Assembly (NCBI GenBank): GCA_012026655.1 | Contig: JAAILG010000132.1 | Span: 62,001 to 126,000 of the forward strand | Direction of reading: 5' to 3' | Length of the DNA: 64,000 nt | Source of the DNA: Hydrolagus affinis | Taxonomy: Eukaryota | Shown here: positions 26,005 through 39,136 of the stretch, piece by piece | Layout of the letters: every line of letters begins with the position of its first letter | Numbering within the stretch: position 1 is the first letter of the stretch | The notes under the pieces: model-generated | The model's input: the letters and a program-made list of their open reading frames with translations, nothing else | Databases searched by the model: none | Told to the model about the DNA's origin: nothing | Made by a program: the position numbers and the translations under genes

Positions 26005-27114
26005 TGAGTGAATATCACACAATTATGAGTGTGTCCTAATCAGAAACACATTCACACGATTTTTACAAAATAGTTTTTCAGTTTAAAAGTACAAAGCTGG
26101 ATTAGTCTAGGATCGCATTTACATCACAAATGTCCTTTGCTGACTATCTATCATTTCTATTTGATTGTTATGTTATAAAATGTATCGTGGCATAATAACA
26201 TGTGCTTTCCACATTAACCTCCACTGAAAACAAACACACTGAGCTAGAGGCCCCTCGATCCAAAACTGCACCTTGTATTTCTGCCTCCCGTCATTTCATT
26301 GTGTCTCAGGAGCTGTATTTTAATGAGATTTTAAATATTATGTAATGGCTGTGTGTTACAGGAGTAATAAACATTGTTTGAAAGAGGCCGATAACATGGA
26401 CTAATCCTGTGCTGCCTGTTTGTGTCTTTAAGAAGCCTGTAAAGCATGTTCTTTTCATGTGGCTTGGCTTTTATTTGGTTTACATTGATTTAATTGCTCA
26501 CCAAGTTAAATATTCAAATACTGCACTAAACAATTTAATTCCGTGTTACACATAAAAATAGAAGTTCATTCAAATCTAACAAACTGGAATGAGTTTCAGT
26601 TCTAAAACCCTTCCAGACTGCAAGATGTGGACCAGATCTTATAATGCTGAAATGGACTATATATCACAACTGCAATAATAATATTATACTTTAATAAAAT
26701 TACATCACCATTAATATTAACAATAGTGGTGAATATTCATCTCCTTGATATACAGTATACATAATATATTAATTAGTAAACTCAGATTATACAAATATGT
26801 ATGCATAATGAATAAATATTGCCTCGGGGTAATTATTCTGTATTTTCATTATAAACTGCTGGTCTTTACATCAACTGCTTGGTACAATGCCCGTTTTTAA
26901 AAAAAATGTCGCACAGATGTGAAGTTTTGAACAGACAAAGAAAAGAAAATAACAGCACAAACTTTAACTCATTCAACACTAAAGATGTCACTTGCACTGT
27001 TGTAGCCCCTTACTGTGACATGCCACTATTTCAGATATAAACAAACACAGCTCATAGATCCTTTCAGCCATATTATAATACAATCCAAGTCCAAAATAAA
27101 TGGCGTAAGGTGGG

Positions 27115-27360
27115 ACAGGGTATAAAATTGCTAGTCACAGAATAAAAGGAAGTTCAAGAGGAACTCCTTCACAGAGTGTGGTCAGAATGTAGAATTCACT
27201 GCTGGAAGCTGTGGTTGGAGCAGAAAGCATCAGCGTATTTAAGAGGAAATATGATACATAAATGAGGGAGAAGGGAATAGGAGGAGTAGAGGCTTATGTG
27301 GAGTATAAACACAGGCACAGACTAGTTAGACCAAATGGTCCATTGCCGTGCCGGTATCAT
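27115..27360 (+). mobile_element. CR1 3' fragment
   Basis: ttcacagagtgtggtcagaatgtagaattcactgc...tttaagaggaaatatgatacata...gactagttagaccaaatggtcc. Confidence 0.75.
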
Positions 27361-27724
27361 TCTATTTACCAAATAGGCCGAAGGGCCTTCTGCATCCAAA
27401 TCAAACTTGTTGGATGTGCCCACCCGTATCCCACAATCTGCTACTGCGGATTCAGTAGCACAAATTAATAATGCCAACACAAACATATTTGCCATTTTAA
27501 ATACTTCAAAGGCTATTCTAGAACATTTCATTCATACATATATTTTTGGGTCTTTGGGAAACATTTGGTTAGTTTTAACATGGTCTCATGAGAAGTCTCA
27601 TTCCACAAAACTGGCTTCACTATGTTTGGCAACATCAGCATATAAAACATCAAGTGCATTCTATGGATACACTTGGTTCAATGTTATAGAGAGCTTAAAG
27701 CTGAACAATATTAAAAAGTAACTT

Positions 27725-28010
27725 GTACCGCACAGTATAGGACTAAGCCACCCAAACCAGATAGTTCAAGTTTTGGTCTGTGCTGAGTTAACTCATCTCA
27801 GCCTGGATGCTGCAATTGGTTTCATTTAAACAGATGGGAAGTCAGTCAACGGTCTCACTCCTGATTGCCATCCAGAGAATCGTTTTGGATACAGAGTGGT
27901 TTAAAATCATGCTTAGCTGTGATCTCTTCCACTTCCTCTCCAGCCACCTCAATGGTTTAATATTCTAGGATTTACTCAAATGTGAATAATGGCAGGTACT
28001 GGAGGTTAAT
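27725..28010 (+). mobile_element. LF-SINE-like relic
   Basis: ggtctgtgctgagttaactcatctcagcc...ctcctgattgccatccag...gcttagctgtgat. Confidence 0.7.
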
Positions 28011-29869
28011 GAACTCTACCCCAGTAAAGAAGATGTTGTGGTGGTGGGGGAATGAGTCAAATGCCTTCAGGAAAGGAAGAAACTGGAGAAGCAAAACAAA
28101 ATTAATTAATGCTTTTTGTTAGAGAGCAGTGGCAGGGAGTCTTTGCTAGTGTTAGCAAATGTGAATTATGTACTCCACACCCAGCAGGACTGAAACCCTT
28201 TCATAGTTCATTTGTACATAACGATATATTGGCTTGTGCCTCACTTCATGCACGTGTCCTTCTCTGCACAGTCAGATTGAAGCTTCTGAAGTGAAAGACA
28301 TTAATGCCATGCAGACTTTTCAAATACTTCCTATGCCAGTCTTTTGACCCTGATTGCCACCTGCCCCATGTGTTGGGCATCACAGCAAATGATACAATCC
28401 TTCCTGTAGCAGTTTCACGTGCTTTCCATGGGCATCATAGAATCGGTTTACCACATTTCACAGTTGTCCAAGGTCTAGTGATATTATTGCAGCTGTGCAG
28501 AGTGGATGCAGGCTGTACCAAATGACTTCATATCCTGGGTAGAAGTGTGCAAGGAATCAATTAAGACTTGCTGAAGAGAACATAACCAAAGCAACACTGA
28601 TGAAGGGATTCACGGCTGATCGTTCGGAATCCAAGACTGGGCGTGTTATCATCTCTTTAAGCATCTGCCCTTACTCCCCCATCAGGTTTGATGATTCTTT
28701 ATGTACTTTATTTCCCCTTTGAACTGGAGTGATCCTAAGTGCAGCCTGCCCACATGTCTCTCTTTCTATATTCTCTCCAATCTTTCAAAATCTTACTTCC
28801 TGATGTTGCGACCTGGTGGAGAGCAACTAAAATAATGTCAGAACGCGAGACATTTTTAAAACCTAGCAACCCTTTTTTACGATGCGATCTGGTTTGTATT
28901 TCTGCCATGAGTCCAAGCCTCATTTCTGAACATGTAAAAGTAACCTGAGATGCTAGTTAGAGCTGAAACCTCAATAGGGAAACTACTGATAACTTTAAAT
29001 TGAATTACAAGGGTTGGTGTGAATAGTGTTGGCTTAAGTAAATTCCACTGATATAATTATTACCCCAGTAGTATTATTTTCCTTTTTGGTATTTAAAATT
29101 GATCCGATTAGATATATCATTAAGAAGATTCTATATTTTATGGAGGGCTTTGAAATGGATACGGTCGTATTTAATATCATACACAGAATGCTGAACAAAC
29201 TAATTGCAAACAGTTGATTTATACTTTAGAAACTTAGTGCCCCTAGCACCAGCACAGAGAGTGGAGTAGGCCAGATTTCCAACACTAGTCACTACACACA
29301 GAAGATAGGCTAGGTTTCTAACCCCCTTCCCCACACACACACACAACTGAAAATACGAAAGCGAAAGGGAGAATTTGTCTTGGCAATGATAGCCCCTATG
29401 GTCAAAGAGATATCTGAAGCACATTGATCACTTCTGACAAACGGTATCAGAACAGTAAAAATTCCCAAGTTCAGGAGACTTGTGAGGGGGCAAAGGGTAG
29501 CAACATTTTCAAATTCTAGATTACAAAGGATTTGACTCAGTAATGATTATTGTTTTTGGACAATTTTTTCCCCAAAAAAACTGGACTTTAGAATAATAAT
29601 CTCCTAATGTGTACTCTAGTGCATAATAAATAGCATATAACCCTCTGGATTAAAAGGTTCTTTGTTAAGCAGAAATATCAGCTACAAAATGAACTGCTCC
29701 TGTTTTTCATTATATGCACAACAGCACAGTAGGTTGCCTTTGAAACAGAACAAAACTTCTATTAGGTTTTTCTTGTTAATGTAATGATGAGATTTAGCTT
29801 TTTAAAAATGGGTACAATAGTCACGTCTGACTTAAACGTAAATCCTTTTGTTTGTCTGGGCGTCGAGCA

Positions 29870-31330
29870 ACAAAAAGAACTGCAGCAAAAAAAGGCAAGA
29901 GTCAGCACATGATCTTGCTTAGCACCATTAGTGACGGAGAATGATTCTACAGTGCTAAGATACAACCATCTATTCCATCGTAAAGCTAATTTCACAAGCT
30001 GCAGATCATCCAGAACTATGCAGCTTGTGTCCTCTCCTGAACCAAGCTCCGAGACCACATCACTCCCACCCTCGCCCAGCACCACTGACTCCCCATCCCC
30101 CAGAGGATTGAATTCAAGATCCTCATCCTCACTTTCAAAGCCATTCATGGCTTTGCCCCCTCCTATCTCTCTGACCTGCTGTCTCCCTATGAACCTGCCG
30201 TCTCCCTATGAACCTGCCCAAACCCTCCGTTCAGTGGGCTCTGGTCTGCTCCATGTCCCCCACTTGACCATCAGTGGACGGGCTTTAGGCCTCTCTGCCC
30301 CCACATTTTGGAACGCCATCCTGCAGGCCCTTCGCCTTGCTTCCTCCCTCACCTCCTTCAAGGCTGGTCTTAAGACTCTCCTCTTCAATCGTGCTTCCTG
30401 CAGCCCTCCCAACAATCTCCCTCCCCTCCTAACTCTCCTTCCACCTTACCCTGCCCCTCCCCCTTGTTCAGGTCCCGACCTGACTCCTCAGCGCCTTGGG
30501 ACATCCTCCCGACATGAAGACGCTCTATAAATGTAATTTTGTTGTTGATTTGAGTTCATTGGGGAAGTCTGACTTGCTGAGGATTTGCCAGAGAGTTACT
30601 ATATTTATTGCGTCAAATACTTTGGTCAAGAATTCCATTTGGTTGTTCCCTATACTTCTCCTTGATGTAGCAAGCCACAAAAGTCATGTTAGTTGAACCT
30701 TGTTCCATATAGAAACCACATTGAGGCTTAGGGAAGATATCATTCACGACTGTGTGACCAGTCATGTCAGCAGTATCTATTACAGGAATTTTCCTGACAA
30801 TTGACAGAACTAATATGTTTCTGTTGTAATTACAGATTTGCCTTTGCTTTTTGTTTATGGTGATAATTCATAATTTTTTTTAAAAAAAGTTCGTCGGACT
30901 CCTTTCTCCAAACAAGGCAAATAGGTGATTTGAAGACGGCCACAGAGTTGGGCTGTCGTATCTCAAACCTCCAGCAGGAAAGGCCATCTGGTCCACGAGC
31001 CATTCTTTGCATATTTGATGACTGTGTAAACTTCAGCTTGGCCTAATGGACTGCCAACTCATACTGAGTGGGCTGTGGTGCGATGGCCTTTATTGCTTCC
31101 ACCTCCACAGTTGACATTGTGCCAAGGTGTTCACTGAAGTGTTCAACCTATTGCTGGAGAGTGAGGTTCTGGTCTGTAATCAGTAGGTTACTTGCCCTTT
31201 TTGGATGGGTTTGTGGTTCACAGATGGACATGATGGTTTTGTAGACACATTTGCTGTTATATTGGTCAGAAGACCTTTCAATCTGATTAACGTTCTTACT
31301 CCATCACTTGTTTGCATAATTTTCACCTGG
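29870..31330 (-). mobile_element. Decayed RTE-clade LINE, interrupted by an L2
   Basis: Minus-strand motifs in the expected order despite frameshifts: LLITDQNLTLQQ*VEHFSEHL, ARGPDGL, PKPQCGFYMEQGSTNMTF..IKEKYREQ, LTKVFDAINIVTLWQILSK, then after the L2 ESFSVTNGAKQDHVL (compare RTE QCGFR..RGT.DMIF, LTKAFD, NGVKQGCVL). May extend 5' to ~31800. Confidence 0.82.
29996..30547 (+). mobile_element. L2 LINE 3' fragment nested in the RTE
   Basis: KLQIIQNYAACVL...APTFWNAILQALRLASSLTSFKAGLKTLLF, then cagcgccttgggacat and (TTG)n. Internal ~20-bp tandem duplication near 30175-30218. Confidence 0.9.
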
Positions 31331-31924
31331 ATCAATCTGTGACATTTGCTGCACTGCACACTTGTAAGCATCATAATGTTACTCAGTCAGGGTTAGAATA
31401 CACTATTTTGTCTGATTTTCAATCAGTCCTGTCGCTGTCTTGTTCATCATGCTGACGATGCTTGATACATCATGTCTCCTGTTGTCATGGCTTGTCTCTG
31501 CCGAGTGCATTGGGTGGCCACTATGGTCTTAACATGCCCACAGCAATGTCCTTTACAACACGACACAGCGATCATGGTCACTGCCAAGATTAGGCAGAAG
31601 ATCGCTGTGCCCACCAGATTAGCCTAGGCAGACGATGCACATGGATGCACACGCAGTGGCTGTACAGAGGGCTAGGCATTTCCCTTCAATGCACAAGTTC
31701 ACCCGCAGCTACCTTGCTATAGTTCAGCATGTCAACTGAGATGCTTTCTTGGGTGTGTGCCCACTGCCGGATGGGCCATTCCTTTGACGGACATGGCAGT
31801 GTTGGCTGCTCCTAATTGACCTACAGATACATAATCATTGCAAAAGATACAGCTGTTGACATCAGGTATTTTAACCAGCAAACACATTGAGGCTTCACCT
31901 CTCTATTATAAATCATTCATGAAT

Positions 31925-32115
31925 GCATTTTCTCCCAGGGTGCTGCCCAATAATCCCTGCTAAAATTGGTCATTCACTTCATGACATTGTTGTGCATAAA
32001 TTGGCTGTAGTGTTTGTCTACAAATACACATGTCCCTGCACTGAGTTAATCCTGTGAAGTGCTTTGAGATGTTCTCCCAATATGAAAGCTATTATATCAG
32101 ACACAAGGAGTATTA
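31925..32115 (+). mobile_element. Old Deu SINE 3' half
   Basis: ggtcattcacttcatgac...gtgcataaattggctg...cctgtgaagtgctttgagatgttctcccaatatgaaa. Confidence 0.7.
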
Positions 32116-32934
32116 ATTTTATGACCTTACAGACAGTCTTATAGAGTGAAACATACGAGATTTAATATTTTTCAAAGCAATGATATACTGCACTGAGTTA
32201 GGTTCCTGGATACTTTAGACTGTTTCTTGCTCCTATTGGAAGATGATGTTATTCAAAATGTGCTGGTGATAGTTTTTAAACCACTATGTGGATTAGTGTC
32301 CAGTGAGTGCACTACAGACAGAGAATCTCAATGTGAATCTAAGCTCGCATCACAGTTTAGGGGGGAAAAAGTGTTGCCCATTGAATAACATTTATTCCAT
32401 ATGCTTTCTGTTTGCAATGAATGAAGCATTCTTTGTTTGCTTCATTCATTACCAATAAAGCAACCATTGAAAAAAAATGTTTTTCAATAGGTTGTGAGCA
32501 GACAGGGACTGACACAAGGTCATGTAGCTTCTTTGTATAACTCTTGACCCATGCAGAGTATGTGCCTGTATCTCGCATGCTTTGACTTTCCCAGTTATTT
32601 AGCATACCTATTCTCAAAGGGGATGGAATATATATTCTTACATTAGATTTTGAATTGGACTGAAGGAGGGTTGAGAAGCATTGTAAGGATCCCCCTACCA
32701 ATACTTGCAGTTTCATCCAAACTTAGAGCTCTGCTTCGCAACAGGGCTTCTGTTGTGAAGTTGATAGAGTGACAGATAGCAACTGGAAACAAATTGAACA
32801 TGGTTATTAAAAGAAACAAAGCTGCCCAGCTACTCAGTCTAATACTAGCCCATACAGAACAAGCAGGTTCCACTGATTAAATAATATAATCTGGTTCATT
32901 GCAATTGACTTTAGCACTTTGGGCTAAGATGGTG

Positions 32935-33247
32935 AATAATAATAATAATACTTGCATTTGATAAATGTGCTTTTCACACTTTCTAGACGTCTCAAAGCAC
33001 TTCACAGAATATACAGTAAAGGGAATTGACTATATATTTTTGGGTGAAACGTGGCAACCAATTGTGCTCAACAGTCTCCCAGAACAGTTGTGGATTGAAA
33101 TGACCAATTTATTATAGGTTTTTTTTGGACGGATTATTATTAGGACTGTAAGGAAACTTGCCCAAGGTTTCGGCCTGATCTGCCTGGTTTTGAAACAGGT
33201 CTCATGCTTGTAAGGCGAGTACTCTGTCTGCTGAACTACAGGACTCC
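32935..33247 (-). mobile_element. Full-length tRNA SINE
   Basis: All family modules present. Confidence 0.92.
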
Positions 33248-33357
33248 ACGAATATAGCCTGGATTTCTGCTCCAAACCAGGGTCGCTAGAAAAACAATGT
33301 TGATAGAACTATCTTCATACATTAGTCATCCATTAGTCATCATACTATACTCATTGT

Positions 33358-33405
33358 GGAGTCCTGTAGCTCAGTGGTTAGAGCATGAACCTTACAAGCA
33401 AGAGG
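33358..33405 (+). mobile_element. Isolated SINE tRNA-head fragment
   Basis: ggagtcctgtagctcagtggttagagcatgaaccttacaagcaagag; ends before box B. Confidence 0.8.
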
Positions 33406-36400
33406 CTTTTTTTAAAAAAAAACCACATTGTTTGGTTTTGGGTGAAGCTATTTAAGCACAGAATTTATCGCCTATCTTGAGAAGGTAGTGATGGACCTTT
33501 TCTTTAAACAACACTGTGGTCCCATCCTGACATCAGATAGTGAATTTCAGGAATTGACCAAATTTAAGGTGCATTTCTATCATTTCAACACTACTTGAAT
33601 TATATTTTCTGAAAACATTGACTTTACAATACAATTTATATTCATATAGAGCCTTTCACAACAAGAGAATTTGTTGCTTCTTACTGCTGACCAAGCGCTC
33701 GAGACAGAGAGTGGGAGAGGGGGGCATCGGGAATGGGAGCTGAGGGGGGATTTTATAAAACGGATACTGCTCTACATTTCACAGAAAGAGTTGGCTTTGA
33801 ATTTATTATGGTCCTGAATACATTTGCAGTAAACATGAATAACATACCAACAAATATTCTTGAGCAACAGTGATATCTCTTGGGAAGCAGCCATTCCAAG
33901 AGGTCCATGTTAAAGAATTCCATCAAGAGAAGTCAAGTATGAGCTCCTGAGAAAGGGAGTTCAGATGAATAGTTTGAGAGCAATGATGTGAGGAGCTTTA
34001 AATGCAGTAGCTGGCCTATGTATTGGTTAATACATGACTAATCCCCATGTTACATCCCTCAATTTTGTCAGTAAGGCATTCAGTCTGACTAAAGAAAGCC
34101 ACACTGTGGACAAATAAAGGGATCTTGATCAGAATTAATTGCATCAAGTATCAAATTAAAACAAAATTGAGTAACAAAGAACTCACCAAACTGTAGTTAT
34201 TCCTACGGTTTTGATGTGAACACTCCATTTCAGTATTCACATCAGTCAATGACCATTAGGGAACTGCCTTTTTTTTTAAATGCCATTTTTTCTAAATCTT
34301 TCTTTCCTTTTCAACCGACCCCTCAGGGTAAGTTTCATCACAGGATAATTTGTAAAGGGTTTGTTTAATCCAGTCTTTTGATTAACAACCACATCAGCAA
34401 ACAAGTCAAATCAAACTGACTCCTATGAAGTCTGGAGAATAATAAAATAAAATATTTAGTTCTCCAAAACATACTTTTATCCAAATTGTTGGAAAAAAAC
34501 TAACGTTGGAATTAAATTGCTCCTCTTAGCTTTGAAATGAATTCTAAAAATGAATCTCATGTGAATGATATTGCATCGTATGTCAGTACTGAAAGTAATT
34601 CGAAAAACATCAAGTGACTTTCATTTATTATCATCCGACGTGCAATGTGGGGCTAGAGAGCATGAGTCCAAATGGAGGAAGACTAGAGCTGGTCATGGAA
34701 GCCAGTTTAACAAATATGTTAACAATGCTTCCAGTTTACAATTGAATTCAAGAACGTTGGCAACATCTTTCATTTTAAGATCAATTACAGCCAGGACTGT
34801 GACAAGTTTCAGCCCTCTTATTTTACAGTTCTATCATTACACTACATTAAGGAATCTGACAAATATTTACAAGTGTACATGGAATGTAAGTCCTACTGGT
34901 AGAATGATTTTCTTGTAAATGTGATTTAGGGACTCCTTCAATGGATTGGTGGTCAAACCAGAGCCTGATGTGAAACTGAATTATAAAGATACCCCCCCAA
35001 AAAACAGGATTTAATTATTAGTAGCTGTAGAATCATATTTCAAATTGAATCCAGGCCTATTGCAAAGAGGCAAAAATCAGTATCGATTTTAAGATCACTT
35101 TATAACCGTTGGCTAATTTTCCCTCAAAAAATATTTGGGGTAGTAAAATTTAATTCTATTGGTGTGTAGTAAACTAATGTTAGCAGTCAAGATGGAGAGG
35201 TTGTGCCCTGCATGTTTAATGCTTCTGTTAATCCCATACCCAAGTATTCAACCTTCATGTAGTCCCTGCATGGCGGCTATTATTGACTAAATTCAGCAGC
35301 CTGTGAAAGATACTTCCATCAAGACTAGATATTGTGCATGCAGAGTTTACAGTGACCTCCTTTGTTTAACTTGCAAATCATCCATTTCATAAATATTGCA
35401 TTTTCTGAAGTAAATATATTTGCATGTTATAAAACTCAGGGAGAGCAAGTAACAGCTTGATTTTGATGACCCCTTTTCTTTGCTCTGCATGATCAAAGGA
35501 TTTGTGACAAATGTAGTCGAACATGTTGGCAATCTTTTGGCACTGTTAATTCTCTGAAGTTTCTAAACAGCTTTTATTTGAACTGAATATCGATTGTCAA
35601 CTTTAAAACTACAAAAGGCAAAACATCTGTTTCTAAACTTCTGGATGACATTATTTTGAAAAGAATAGAAGCGCTCAAGTTTAAAACTTGCTCCAAAAAA
35701 GATATGTGAACAGCAAGTCTCTGTGAATCAAAAAAAATCACTGTTCAAAATTTGATTAGTGAGCAATTTGTATGAACTCAATCAGATTTAGTTTGGAATA
35801 ATAAAATTACTGAAGTAGAAGCGATGTTCTCAATAACGTCTGCAGAAAGAAATCGGGAAAACTAGTCGCAGAACACGTGTTTATTCATGAACATTAAACC
35901 TGGAGGAGTGACTGGCGAGATCTGGAAATGTTACCAGAGCCGGGAATGGACATGTGTTACTGTTGATAATTATGCACCATATTTTAATGGTCGCTGTTAA
36001 CTCAGATTATCAGCAGCTTAACAGACGCAGGGTCCACGGATTGAAACATGAAGGTGGTACCATTACGATTCACACACTTTACAAGTATATCCAGTGAAGC
36101 GCTTTAAGACGACCCCCTAATATGAAAGGCACTATAATCAAATATTTTGGGGATTATTACTAAAATTATTACAACAGTAAAACAATATTATTGGCCCTGT
36201 TATCACCTATTTTCCTAACATTTCCCCTTACTCTATTTTCACTTTTGTAAAATTTCATTTTAACCATACACAGGATAGTTTAAACGCTCCAGTAAATCCA
36301 AATCATGTTTTTCTAAAGATCTATTTTTTCTTGTTGAAATATCTGTCGGACATTTTAGAAAGCAGTTATATTATTCAAATTATTCTTTGATATCCTTTAA

Positions 36401-37629
36401 ATTAATGCTAATCGGTGAGCTTTAGTTATTTACAAAAAATATTACTTCAAAACGAAGATTAATCACTAATACTGGTCATGGATGTTTGTGAATATCAGAT
36501 ATTGGCTCAATTCATAGAATCATACAGCATAGAAGTTGCTAAGTTTGGTTAACAATTTATCAAACCATTGCATGCCAGGAGAGAACTTTCACTATCAAGA
36601 TCAGATGGAGATAGCTCAGGAATTACTGGTTCGCTAACTATACAATAGCACTGCTGTCATATACTCAAGGGGATCTTGAACACACTTCCACAATTCATGC
36701 TCTCCCTAGCCAGGTAATCATCACAGAACCTTGAACTGCTTTGGTCCTTTTCAAAATGCAGTGATGGACTTTGCTGATATCATCTCAGCATCTCAGGTGA
36801 CAGATGCCCTTGTCATTTAAGCATGTCTTGATTGTTGATTTTCTAGCTTTGCCCAAACACAACAGGACAGTATGGCTTGTATCCAAGAACAATCGTTGCA
36901 AATGTGCTTAGTTTGATTGACTTTATATATTTGGCACTAAAATTTGTTGTGCCATGTGGAAAATTACTCTTCCAATCCCACCTGATGTCTAAGGATACAG
37001 ATCCCTCTCCCTTTGCAGCTTGAGGTGGGCAGATGGTCCCCCTCCGGAAACCAGTGCTGAATTGGCATAGTGTGCCTCCTTTCCCTTCATGCCCTTCTTC
37101 AAGGCATCCCACTTGGTTTGGGATCTATGCTGGAATTCTTTTCTATGGAATCTCGGCTGACTTTTAGGAAGATCTGCTGCTAAATTGTTTTGCAGTCTCT
37201 GTGGATCAACCTAAAGCAGATGTGGGCAGATGAGGGCTGGTCATGTTGTATGGTAACCTCGTCAATTTACATTTCTTATTTTCCAGTTCTCTCCCCAATG
37301 TATTACTAATCCATCGCGTTAAGTAATTGTTTCATAGTTCTTGTGGTGTTGTTTTGTTCAGAACATGCCAACAAGGGTCCTGAGGTAAAGTTCCCATTGT
37401 GAACTAAATAAGCTACTCTGTAGGAAGATATTAAATAAATAGATGAGGGTATTCAGCTCCTGCAACATTTATGCCGTGTTTTTTTTTAAAAAAAGCTTAG
37501 AATTTAGCAACTTAAGTGAGCCACACTGCCTAAGCTACCTACAGGAACAATATTTTAACGCTAATTCTCTCTCATACGGAAATTATTCCACACAATGTAA
37601 AAATACAGCAGATCTGCAGATTTTTTTTA

Positions 37630-37920
37630 CTCTCTCCAGTGACTCCTGCTGGAATTTTGTGTTATTGGGAAATGGAGATGAAGGGTCAAGTCCCACAGTC
37701 AAGGTTGAGGATTGGCAAAGATAAACAAGTCAAAAAGTGGGTAATTTTGACACTGTTGCTTGGATAATAAAAACCTGTAGATTGTAAGAAGAAAAGAAGA
37801 CTGAGGGAGGTAAGGAGTTTCATGGTCTGGCCATTCAGCTTAGCTGTGATGCCCCCCTGCTGTCGAATAGCCCACCAACATTCAGTGAGCGTCTAGACTT
37901 GCAAGTGAAGAGCAGCTAAT
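37630..37920 (+). mobile_element. LF-SINE-like 3' relic, interrupted
   Basis: tccagtgactcctgctggaa and gcttagctgtgatgcccccctgctgtcgaatagcccaccaacattcagt. Confidence 0.6.
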
Positions 37921-38287
37921 AAACAAGATACAGCAAAGCTATTGATATATGAGCTTTCCGCAAAGAGAGGGAGGAGAAATAAAGACATACTTGGGTCACT
38001 TGGCATAGTATCCTCTGTCCTTACTGTTTAGTCTTCTCACAACTCTTTGTATTAGTAGAAAATATGTTGTTTTTGACATTAACAACTAGGTACAAATAGC
38101 CATCACTCCTCATATACTAGAGCTCCTTTAATCTTTGCAGTGTGGACATTTCAATCATACAAAAGAAAACTTCCGTGCATATGTGGAACTCAATCAGTGC
38201 AGAGACTCACAACCACCACAATACAATTGCAAGAGTTGTAACAGCTTAAATATCTGGACTCTTTGGAGGAGGAAACTCAGCCAGGGT

Positions 38288-39136
38288 TAGCACCTTCCGT
38301 ATCAGGAGGACGTTCCAAGGCGCTTACCAGACTGTATTTTGGACCCAAGCTGGGGGGGGAGTGGTGGGGGGTCAGGATTGGAGAGAGGGGAGGAGGTTGA
38401 TCAAAAGCACAGTCGAAGGAGGGACTTGTGGTAAGTCTTGAAGGAGGGAAGGGCTGGATGGAGGAACTGCGTGATGGAGTTTTAGAGGGTGGGGGCAGAG
38501 TTGCGCCTTGGGACGTTCTCTTGACATGAAAGGCACTCTATAAGTGCAATTTTGTTGTTGTTGTTGTTGCTGCTGAAGATCCACCCGTCAATGGGGCGCA
38601 CAAGGCAGGGGACGTGAAGTAGGATAGAGCCAGCTGAGTGGAGAGAGGGGACAAGGTGGTAGGGACTTAGGAGGTCACAGTGGTGGAGGGGGGAGGGGAG
38701 GCAGTGAGGCCATGGAGGGCTTTGAAGACGAGGACCATCTTGAACTGCATCCTCTGTGTAATGGGAAGTTAGTGGAGTCGAGCAAGACAGGGTTGCTAGG
38801 GTCACGGAGGGAGCCAAGTGCAGAAGAGGATCCAGACTGCAGGATTCTGGATGATCTGCAGCCTCTTGAGGGAGGAGTTGAGAAGGCCAACAAGCAAGGA
38901 ATTTATATAGTCAGGCCTAGATGTTATGAATGCATGTCTGAGAGTTTTGGTGGCCTGCCATGTGAGACAGTGGCGGAGCGGGAAACGTTGCGGAGGTGAG
39001 GGAAGGCAGAGCAGGTCGCGGCACTGATGTGAGGTAGAAAGGATAGTTGAGGGTCAAACAAGACACCAAAGTTCCAGACTAGCTTCGTGAGATGGAGCGC
39101 GTATCCATAGATGGTGAGGCTATCAGCGCCTGAGGT
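38288..39136 (-). mobile_element. L2 LINE 3' fragment (~850 bp)
   Basis: LVWNFGVLFDPQLSFLPHISAATCSAFPHLRNVSR is the L2 ORF2 signature; the element runs to the L2 3' terminal motif. Confidence 0.9.
38501..38571 (+). mobile_element. L2 3'-tail-only insertion, opposite orientation, inside the L2
   Basis: gcgccttgggacgttctcttgacatgaaaggcactctataagtgcaatt followed by (TTG)6. Confidence 0.85.

Noticed and set aside
29931-30530. 199-aa ORF, the longest in the track
   Set aside because: Lies in an L2 fragment: frameshifted ORF2 plus C-rich UTR, not a host gene.
38372-38584. Poly-Q ORF
   Set aside because: The poly-Q is the (TTG)n L2 tail read antisense.
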